The notes under the pieces were generated by a model. It saw only the letters and a list, made by a program, of their open reading frames with translations, had not been told where the DNA came from and made no database searches. 53,040 nucleotides of DNA, taken from positions 1-53,040 of the forward strand of contig JBDGSJ010000013.1 of NCBI GenBank assembly GCA_042217585.1, given 5' to 3'. This stretch comes from Candidatus Nanohaloarchaea archaeon (GTDB taxonomy: Archaea; Nanohalarchaeota; Nanosalinia; Nanosalinales; Nanosalinaceae). Of this stretch, positions 27,915-35,451 are shown in pieces; positions within the stretch are counted from its first letter, which is position 1; each line of letters opens with the position of its first letter. The position numbers and the translations under genes are program-made.

Positions 27915-28664
27915 ATGAGACCTGTCGACGCCCACTGCCACCTTGACTTCGAGCACTACGAAGAGGACCGAGAGGAAGTACTGGAGAGATGCATGGAAGA
28001 ACTGGAGTTCGTGGTGAACGCCGGTACCGGGGTGGAGGGCAACCGGAGGACCGTGGAGCTCTCCGGGAAGTACCCGGAGTTCGTGGTCCCGGCGCTCGGG
28101 GTCCACCCGACCAGCGTGGACCAGTTCGGGGAACTGGACCGGATCAAGAGACAGGTCCGGGAGAACGACCCTGCCGCGGTGGGGGAGATAGGGCTGGACC
28201 ACTACCACGTGGACGAGGACGCCGCGAGGGAGCGGCAGGAAGGCGTTTTCAGGGAGATGCTGGAGCTGGCCGAGGAACTCGGGAAGCCTGTCGTGGTCCA
28301 CACGCGGGACGCCGAAGAGCTCTCCGTCGAAATTTTGGAGGATTTCGACGTGGATGCGATGCTACACTGCTTCAACGGCACGCCAGACCTGGCGGAGAGG
28401 GCGATCCAGGAGGGGATGAAGATAGGTGTGACGACCCAGGTCCTGTACTCGGACCGGGTCAGGAAGATCGCGGGGAGGATACCTCTCGAGGACCTGCTGC
28501 TGGAGACGGACTCGCCCTTCCTGTACCGGGGGGAGCGGAACTCTCCGGTGAAAGTCGGTGAGAGCGCGGAGGAGATAGCCGGTCTGAAGGACAGGAGCCG
28601 GGAGGAAGTCGTTGAGAAGACGACCGGGAACGCGGTCCGGCTCTTCCTCGAGGAGGAAGGTTGA
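27915..28664 (+). CDS. tatD: TatD family deoxyribonuclease
   Basis: DAHCHLD, GVHP, VGEIGLD, HTRDAE, HCF, ETDSPFL. Confidence 0.93.
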   Translation: MRPVDAHCHLDFEHYEEDREEVLERCMEELEFVVNAGTGVEGNRRTVELSGKYPEFVVPALGVHPTSVDQFGELDRIKRQVRENDPAAVGEIGLDHYHVDEDAARERQEGVFREMLELAEELGKPVVVHTRDAEELSVEILEDFDVDAMLHCFNGTPDLAERAIQEGMKIGVTTQVLYSDRVRKIAGRIPLEDLLLETDSPFLYRGERNSPVKVGESAEEIAGLKDRSREEVVEKTTGNAVRLFLEEEG

Positions 28665-28706
28665 AGTTTTATTCTTGGGGGCCGGTTGTACAGACAGGAG
28701 GTATTG

Positions 28707-29171
28707 ATGGTACTGAAGAAAATCAGGGGAAAGGTCAACCGCAAACCCAACGTCGCAGTCTTCGTGGACGGACCGAACATCGTCCGTAAGGAGTTCGACC
28801 TGAACCTTGATGAACTCCGGGAGGAGGTCGAGGCGCTGGGGGACCTGAAGGTCGGGAAGGTATTCCTGAACCAGTACGCCTCGGACAAACTGATCGAGGC
28901 GATAGTCTCACAGGGTTTCGAAGCGGCCCTCGGTCTCGGAGGAGAGAAGGACAAGGAGAGCGACGTGGACGTCTACATGGCGGTGAACGCGATGGAGTCA
29001 GTTTTCGACGACCACATAGACAAGATAGTGCTCGTGACCAGGGACACGGACTTCCTGCCCGTGATACAGAAGGCCAAGGAACACGGCAAGGAGACGGTCA
29101 TCATCGGGATGGAGCCGGGTTTCTCGACCGCCCTCAGGAACGCGGCGGACAAGGTAATAGAACTGGAATAG
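28707..29171 (+). CDS. NYN-domain protein (TIGR00288-like)
   Basis: FVDGPN, DVDVYMAV, LVTRDTDFLP, GFSTALRNAAD; GGAGGT SD. Confidence 0.9.
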   Translation: MVLKKIRGKVNRKPNVAVFVDGPNIVRKEFDLNLDELREEVEALGDLKVGKVFLNQYASDKLIEAIVSQGFEAALGLGGEKDKESDVDVYMAVNAMESVFDDHIDKIVLVTRDTDFLPVIQKAKEHGKETVIIGMEPGFSTALRNAADKVIELE

Positions 29172-29180
29172 GTGGTCCGT

Positions 29181-29486
29181 ATGAGAGCGGACCCTCTAGG
29201 CCTCTTTGACGTACTTACGGGATCATTGCTCCTTTTCACCGTTTCCGCGCTTCCCGATCAGGTGGCAGCGGTCCACGCCCTCTTTCTCATCTCCAAGGGG
29301 TTGCTGACCGTCATCAAACCCGATGTGATGCCGCACGCGATGCTTGTACTCGGCGGAGTAGCGGACCTGATGTCCGCCGCTATACTCTACTTCGGTATAC
29401 CGCCCGTACTGGTCGGTTTCCAGGCCTGGATCGCGGGCGTACTGTTCACGAAAGGAGTCTGGTCCACGCTCGGTATGATGGGTTAA
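29181..29486 (+). CDS. Small membrane protein
   Basis: Hydrophobic ORF with an internal repeat (D..T/A...L...KG); GGTGG SD. Confidence 0.7.
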   Translation: MRADPLGLFDVLTGSLLLFTVSALPDQVAAVHALFLISKGLLTVIKPDVMPHAMLVLGGVADLMSAAILYFGIPPVLVGFQAWIAGVLFTKGVWSTLGMMG

Positions 29487-29626
29487 TCCCCGTAGCGATC
29501 CCTTAGTTCCTCGAGAATCCTCTTCTTCATAGGATCGTCCTCCTCTGCGACCGCCTCGTCAAGCACTTCAGCTTTCTCCGACTCGTCCATCGACTCGAAG
29601 TCATCCGGAAGATCTTCTCTTACCAT
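29483..29626 (-). CDS. Small acidic helical protein (47 aa; not in ORF track)
   Basis: MVREDLPDDFESMDESEKAEVLDEAVAEEDDPMKKRILEELRDRYGD*; GGTGA SD upstream. Confidence 0.65.
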   Translation of the reverse strand: MVREDLPDDFESMDESEKAEVLDEAVAEEDDPMKKRILEELRDRYGD

Positions 29627-29655
29627 GTTGAAGGTTCATCACCCGGCGTTAAGTA

Positions 29656-30243
29656 TCATCTCAGGCTTCTCTGGATATCCTCCAGCAGCTCTATAATCCT
29701 CTGGTTCTGTGCCTTCAGGTCCTGTATATCCTGTTCGATGCTGCTCTCCGAGTCATCATCCCGGGTTATACCGGCGTTGCGGAGTTTCTGACGGGTCTCC
29801 TCGCTTACCTGCGGCGTGTCCTGCCCGCTCTGGGGTCTCCCGGCGTTCGGGTTCGGAGTCCTCCCTGAACTTGAGCTTCCGCCCGTGGACCGGTTTCCCG
29901 GTCTTCTGCCCGTGCCGGACCTGCCTCCGGCCGATCCCCGGTCCCTCGACTGGTTGCCGGCGCCCGACGGGCTACCCCGACCTCTTCCCGACGATCCCTT
30001 ACCGGGAGCAGGAACGTTCTGCGGACCTGTACTCTGACCCTGCTGACCCCCGGACCGGCCCTGTGAAGGGTTCTGAGATCCTCCCGGAGCGGTCCCGGGA
30101 GAGTCATCCAGTCCTGACGGGTCCGAATCCAGGTCCATGTCCTCCGAGAAGGAGTCATCGAAACCTGAATCATCGAAATCCGTGTCCGAACCGCCTGAAT
30201 CGGACCCGCTTATCGAGTCCTTTATGTCGTCAAAGACTCCCAT
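29656..30243 (-). CDS. Low-complexity disordered protein with C-terminal coiled coil
   Basis: MGVFDDIKDSI, D/S-rich then G/S/R/Q-rich region, IEQDIQDLKAQNQRIIELLEDIQRSLR. Confidence 0.7.
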   Translation of the reverse strand: MGVFDDIKDSISGSDSGGSDTDFDDSGFDDSFSEDMDLDSDPSGLDDSPGTAPGGSQNPSQGRSGGQQGQSTGPQNVPAPGKGSSGRGRGSPSGAGNQSRDRGSAGGRSGTGRRPGNRSTGGSSSSGRTPNPNAGRPQSGQDTPQVSEETRQKLRNAGITRDDDSESSIEQDIQDLKAQNQRIIELLEDIQRSLR

Positions 30244-30281
30244 GGGCTGGGTTTGTTGCCGCTTCCAGTTAAATCTTCCTG

Positions 30282-30812
30282 TCACTTCATCTCGAAGACG
30301 CAGCTATCGTCTCCCTCCGCGATACATTCTGTCTCATGGAAGACCACTTCCTCATCGAATATCTTCGATGCCGCACCGGTGAGGATTCCTCCCAAGAAGT
30401 AGCAGACGTGTCCATCCTCTCCGTAATCCTTCCTGTGGGCTTCCGCCGTGGGAGACGAACTGAAGCTGATGGACCCGTCCTCTACCTCGGGATGGGAGTA
30501 GCCGAGGAACTTCAGGAACCCGAGCACGTATCCGAACTGTCTCTGCGGGTCACGGTCCGTGTAGACTATGTCCACTATCTCCTCCCCGTAATCCCTTCCT
30601 GAGTTCTTGATTATCCCGCCTGCGCCCTCACCGTAGGTCTCCCTGAGGACCTCCAGTGTCCCGGCCATGAAGTACTCCGCACCCATTATGTTGAACCTCG
30701 GTCCCCCGATGGTCACGTTCCCCTCCTGGTCCGGTTCCAGGTCCTCAGTGTTCCTTAGGTCGCTGAATATGCTGTCTCTACCGTGTTCGACGGTCTTGGT
30801 CTCAAGCTCCAT
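30282..30812 (-). CDS. V4R domain protein
   Basis: LGY, CYFLGGILTG, ETECIAEGDDSCVF. Confidence 0.82.
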   Translation of the reverse strand: MELETKTVEHGRDSIFSDLRNTEDLEPDQEGNVTIGGPRFNIMGAEYFMAGTLEVLRETYGEGAGGIIKNSGRDYGEEIVDIVYTDRDPQRQFGYVLGFLKFLGYSHPEVEDGSISFSSSPTAEAHRKDYGEDGHVCYFLGGILTGAASKIFDEEVVFHETECIAEGDDSCVFEMK

Positions 30813-31422
30813 CTTTCTCCACCTTCATCAGGCAGTAGTCCTGGTCCTCAACACAGCTGCACTCTATCTCCCTGGACTTTAGCTCGTCCGGATCCCAGAA
30901 ATGAGACATTATTCCGTGGAGAGTTCCAAGGACGAACTGGCACTGGTTCTGGTCCGATCCCCCGTAGCTGAACGATTCTATGGTGTTGTAAAGCTCAAAG
31001 ACTATCTTCTCGTCCTGGCTGTATTCTCTGACCTCCAGCGAACCCATCCATCCCACGTGGGCTCCGTAGCCCAGTATCTTCTTGAACTGGGATAGGTCGT
31101 CCGTCGGTGTTATCTTTTTGAGCGACTTGACATCGAACCCTGACCTTATCAGCACCTTTATTATCTCGAAAGGATCGATGCTCTCGAAGTCCTCATCCAT
31201 CTTCCGTCCTATCGCCTCTCCTCCTTCTATCCCGAACTCCTTTATCTTCCCTCTAATCACCGGTCCCGTCACATCCTCCATACTGTCGAAGAGCGAGGAA
31301 AGCATCCGGGTCCTGAAGTACACGAATCTGCGCCCCGAGAACTCTATAACCCCGTTTTCATCCGGCTCGTTGTCTACAAGATACGGTGCAAGCCGAAAGA
31401 AGGCTTTCTGGACTTCGTCCAT
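30802..31422 (-). CDS. V4R domain protein
   Basis: G.IEFSGRRFV, GWMG, CQFVLG.L.G, EIECSC..DQDYCLM. Confidence 0.78.
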   Translation of the reverse strand: MDEVQKAFFRLAPYLVDNEPDENGVIEFSGRRFVYFRTRMLSSLFDSMEDVTGPVIRGKIKEFGIEGGEAIGRKMDEDFESIDPFEIIKVLIRSGFDVKSLKKITPTDDLSQFKKILGYGAHVGWMGSLEVREYSQDEKIVFELYNTIESFSYGGSDQNQCQFVLGTLHGIMSHFWDPDELKSREIECSCVEDQDYCLMKVEKDGA

Positions 31423-31480
31423 GGAAGGGATTTACCAGAGGGTTATTATTAGTTTATCGTAAAACACGCCGGGCTATACT

Positions 31481-33694
31481 TCACTTCCATCCCCTCAGTT
31501 TCCGGTAGCCGACCTCCGAGAGGAAGATGAGGAGAGCGACTGCCAGCAGGTAAACACCTGCATTTCTCTTCCTCAGGACCTTCTTTGAGCTGAACTCCCT
31601 CAGGTCCTCCACTATCGCCCCGGTCTGCTCCGGTCCGTAGACTTTGCCGCCCGTCGCCCTGACTATCTCCCTCATCCTGTCGCTGTACCCGACCTTCCTG
31701 ACCTCCCGGTCGTAGTTCGTGGCGTAGGGCACCCCCCTGAAACTGTGGAACCCTGTCCCGTTCACGCTGAGCTCCCTGGTGTAAAGACCCTCACCTTCCC
31801 TTTTCATGCCCTCGACACGGTAGTTGGCCCTGGCCACAGGACCTTCCCTGGTAACATGGATCTCCAGGTTCCTTTTCTCCTTCCTCTGTGGATCGCCCAC
31901 CGCCCATGTAACCGATCTTATACCGAGGACCGGGTCCTGGCTCATGATGGCGGAAAGGTCCCTGGTATCAGCCGAGTACGCCGCGACCCTGCCCAGTCCA
32001 TACCTCCACGCCGTCAGGATAGGATCGCCTCTTCTCGAGGAGACCAGCATCTCAGCGCCGCGGCGGGGACGGACCTGGTCTATAAGCGCCGGGTTAGCGT
32101 CCAGCGGGAGGCCTCGCGTGATGAAATGGTCCGGGTTGACGTTCACCACCTCGGCTATACCCCCTGCTCCTCCACCCGCGTCGAACATGAATGGCACCGT
32201 GTCAGCTATATCTGCGTCCCTGTACTCTCCGCCCGCTTTCCTCGCGATCTCCTTCAGGAACTCCTCGTTCCTGTGTCCTCCAACCCCTATAACGATGAGC
32301 CGGGGCTCCATGGTCCTGGCCTCACTGAACGCTTTCTGGCGGACCTTCTCGGGGTCCCTGGTGTACTCTCCTCCCTGCGGGAGATCCCCGTCCGATATCA
32401 TTATGATGTTGCCCTTGCCGCCGGCCATCTTTTTCGCGGCGGCCAGAGCTACCCCGTGGTAGGACTGTCCTGTGGATATCCTCGAGGCCTTGAGCCTCTT
32501 TATCTTGCTGACCAGCTCTTCACGGTTGTACGCCAGAGTGACCGGTTTCGAAATCCTGATGACATCCGCGTCCCTCGCCACAGGGGTGTAAGCCTGTATT
32601 CCCAGTTTCACGTTGCCCGGAAGGTTCTTCACCAGCAGAATCGCCAGCCTCTTCACCTTTTTCATGTTGTCACCCTCGGGGTTGGACTTGGTCAGGGTGA
32701 GGACTATCCTTGTGTCCTTCCTCTCACCAGCGTCCTCCTGCCTTACGACCGGGAGTACGTCCATCGGGTGGTCGTAGTCGCCCGTGTAGACCACGCCGTT
32801 ACCCCTTGAGACGTATGAAGTGAGGGAGTCCCGGGCTCTCTTCTTCAGGACGACAGCGTAGTACTTGGAGAGGTTTTCGGGGACGTTACCCGAGTATGAG
32901 ACGGAGTAGTAGTCGGAAAGCCTGTCCCCGAGGGATCCGCGGGGTCCCACCACAAGCACCTCCGGCTTCCTGGTGACCTCGACCACCCTGTAGTACCGGT
33001 CGTTGCTGTCGTAGCTGTCGTTGACCCGGAGCTCCGCCCTTATCCTGTGGTAACCTTTCTCGTCGAAGGTCCGGGTGAAGCTGAAAGAACTGTTCCTCCC
33101 GGAGTAGATAATCTCCGAGTCCATGTAAACCTTCATCCGTGGAGCTGAGAGGTTCTCCGTCGAGCTGACCTGGACGGTGAAACGGTTTTGGGCGCCGGGT
33201 ACGGTCTTGCCAGGTCCCTCCACCCTGACCGCGTACTCCCTCTTCACCGGGTAGCGGACCGCGCTGATGGAAGCGTTCAGTTTCTGCGCCTGTTCCACCA
33301 CCCTTTCCATCTCCCTGCCCTGGAAGTCGGAGACCGCGAGGTACGCCTGACCTGCCTCCATGTTCCTTATGAAGCCGTCCACGAGGCTCGAGCTGTTGCC
33401 CCTAGCTATCACCTTCCTCCGGACCTGCACGTCTTTCAGGGATAGCTGCTGTCGCTGTATCAGCTGGGCTGATCCGGATTCATCTGTGAGGACGGTCAGG
33501 GTCGGCTGCTTCATCCTCTCCTCCTGGACCGTAACCTGCGGTCCCGCGGCGGCCAGGCCCAGGAGAACGATCATGAGGAACCTTGAGGCGCCCACGATTC
33601 GGGACCTCGTGTTTCCACCTTTCAGAAGGAAGTATATACCCGGAGCCCCGAGGACCGTTATCAGAAGGAAGAGTGGTCTCTGGAACTCTATCAA
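31481..33694 (-). CDS. VWA domain membrane protein (GATase-like middle region)
   Basis: N-terminal F.RP..L TM pair, DESGS MIDAS, second degenerate VWA (ISDG, IGVG), WRYGLGRV, C-terminal TM. Confidence 0.82.
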   Translation of the reverse strand: MIEFQRPLFLLITVLGAPGIYFLLKGGNTRSRIVGASRFLMIVLLGLAAAGPQVTVQEERMKQPTLTVLTDESGSAQLIQRQQLSLKDVQVRRKVIARGNSSSLVDGFIRNMEAGQAYLAVSDFQGREMERVVEQAQKLNASISAVRYPVKREYAVRVEGPGKTVPGAQNRFTVQVSSTENLSAPRMKVYMDSEIIYSGRNSSFSFTRTFDEKGYHRIRAELRVNDSYDSNDRYYRVVEVTRKPEVLVVGPRGSLGDRLSDYYSVSYSGNVPENLSKYYAVVLKKRARDSLTSYVSRGNGVVYTGDYDHPMDVLPVVRQEDAGERKDTRIVLTLTKSNPEGDNMKKVKRLAILLVKNLPGNVKLGIQAYTPVARDADVIRISKPVTLAYNREELVSKIKRLKASRISTGQSYHGVALAAAKKMAGGKGNIIMISDGDLPQGGEYTRDPEKVRQKAFSEARTMEPRLIVIGVGGHRNEEFLKEIARKAGGEYRDADIADTVPFMFDAGGGAGGIAEVVNVNPDHFITRGLPLDANPALIDQVRPRRGAEMLVSSRRGDPILTAWRYGLGRVAAYSADTRDLSAIMSQDPVLGIRSVTWAVGDPQRKEKRNLEIHVTREGPVARANYRVEGMKREGEGLYTRELSVNGTGFHSFRGVPYATNYDREVRKVGYSDRMREIVRATGGKVYGPEQTGAIVEDLREFSSKKVLRKRNAGVYLLAVALLIFLSEVGYRKLRGWK

Positions 33695-35415
33695 CGGAGA
33701 TCACCTTCTCTGTAGAGGTAGGCCATCTCGATGAGGAGCAGGAGCACCAGAACTGCGACCGCAGAGGACCTGAGGCTTCTCTTCTCCTGTCTCTTTCCCT
33801 CAGTTTCACCATCGATTATGTACTCTGTCTCAGCGTAGGACTCATCGTCGCTGAGCAGGTTCACGGCGTAGGTCTCCGAGTCTATGCTGTAAAATCCTTC
33901 CTGTCTGAGCTCCACGACCCCGGTCCTGGTCCGTCCGCCGGGCGTGGTAACGTTTCCGCGGACGGTCTCTCCGGTCCTGATGTTCCTCTCTCCCACTGAG
34001 GGCACATCCGTGAGCATCTCGACCAGGTCCTTCCAGAAGACAGGGTAGAGGAAGTCGTTCCTGAAATCCCTGTTACGGATGTTGTAGAAGACGACCTCGC
34101 CGTCGCCGTGACTTCCTTTGACAAGGGCTCCAGCGGGTTCGCTCAGCGAATCCCCGGTAACCGTGACGTTGAGGACCGTGGTCATGCCGATGGTGACTTT
34201 TCTCGGCCTCTGGAAGACGACCGATCGCTCAACTGAACCCTCCCCAATCTTGACCGGCAGGGAGCCTATCTCCTTCCCCGCGAGGCCCTGACGCCCGAAT
34301 ACCACCATCGAGGCACCTCTCCGGACGCGCGACTCTATCGAGGAGAGGGTATCAGGAAGCACGTCCTCAGTCTTCCCGACGATGTAGACGTCAGAGCGAG
34401 GTAAATCCTGAACCGGCGGTCTCACCACCTGGACCTCGACCCCCTTCATCAGCTCAAACGCCTTCTCGAGGTATCTGTTCCCGCTGTCCGACAGCAGGAG
34501 TACCTCCACCGGGTCCCTCTCCGGGATGAAGACGTGTGCGTCGTTGTCGGGTCTGTACGGGTCCTCTGGTAGCCTGAACACGTGTTTCCCGGCCGGGGTT
34601 TCGAAAGAGACCTTTCGGGTCGCGCCGGGAGGTATGACTATCTCTCTGGCAACGTCGCCTTTCCGGACCCTTACAGTCCTCCTCTCCTGGCCATAGTTCT
34701 TCACCTCAAGCGTAGTGTTACTGCCCGGCCGGACCTCCACGATTCCCAGCCGGTTCTTCTCACCGGAGGAGAAAACCTTGGTCCTTCTCCGGGAATCTAT
34801 ATCCGACATCAGCTCGCCGGGGTCCTCTGAGTTCACGGTCTGGTCAAGGTCAGATGCGACCACCATCACTCCCCTGTGACCTCTCGCCGCCCTTAAACCT
34901 GCAGTTATGTCGGTCCGAAGAGCAACAGGCTCCAGGCCCTTGATGAACTCCTTTGCCCTCTGCTCCGGCACAGACTCCAGCGGGACACTGACCGAGTTGT
35001 CCACGACGACCACGGTGTTCCTCTCTCCCAGGTTTTCCAGTGCGAACTGCCGGACCTGGTCCCAGTCGTCGGACATGCTGGCGGACCTGTCGATCAGGAT
35101 GACCGAGCGGTCCGGGACGTTCTTCTGCATCACGTAGGGCTCGGCGATCGCCGCCGCGACCCCTGCCACCACGAGGACGTGGAGGAGAAGCAGGAGGTTC
35201 CTGAGGAGGCGGTCCAGCGCCCGCTTGATGACTCCGGAGTCCTTGCCCTCCATGAAGAACCTTATGGACGGCATCATCCTCTCATCAGGCTTCGGCTTCA
35301 CCAGGTAGAAGATGACAAGAGGTATCAGGCCGAGCAACGCGAGAAGCCCCACTGGTTCTATGAAATACTGTGAAGCGGTCTGCTGGAGAGCGTTCACCGA
35401 GCCCGGTATCGCCAT
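33691..35415 (-). CDS. BatA-domain / VWA membrane protein
   Basis: GLLALLGLIPLVIFYLVKPKP...PS (BatA), LIDRSASM MIDAS, YPVFW, C-terminal TM. Confidence 0.85.
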   Translation of the reverse strand: MAIPGSVNALQQTASQYFIEPVGLLALLGLIPLVIFYLVKPKPDERMMPSIRFFMEGKDSGVIKRALDRLLRNLLLLLHVLVVAGVAAAIAEPYVMQKNVPDRSVILIDRSASMSDDWDQVRQFALENLGERNTVVVVDNSVSVPLESVPEQRAKEFIKGLEPVALRTDITAGLRAARGHRGVMVVASDLDQTVNSEDPGELMSDIDSRRRTKVFSSGEKNRLGIVEVRPGSNTTLEVKNYGQERRTVRVRKGDVAREIVIPPGATRKVSFETPAGKHVFRLPEDPYRPDNDAHVFIPERDPVEVLLLSDSGNRYLEKAFELMKGVEVQVVRPPVQDLPRSDVYIVGKTEDVLPDTLSSIESRVRRGASMVVFGRQGLAGKEIGSLPVKIGEGSVERSVVFQRPRKVTIGMTTVLNVTVTGDSLSEPAGALVKGSHGDGEVVFYNIRNRDFRNDFLYPVFWKDLVEMLTDVPSVGERNIRTGETVRGNVTTPGGRTRTGVVELRQEGFYSIDSETYAVNLLSDDESYAETEYIIDGETEGKRQEKRSLRSSAVAVLVLLLLIEMAYLYREGDLR

Positions 35416-35451
35416 GTGGAGGAATGTGAAATGAACTAATTTAAGACCCTC

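Noticed and set aside
27320..29171. mpg-tatD-NYN as a defence or toxin system
   Set aside because: All are common stand-alone archaeal housekeeping families; no antitoxin or mobile context.
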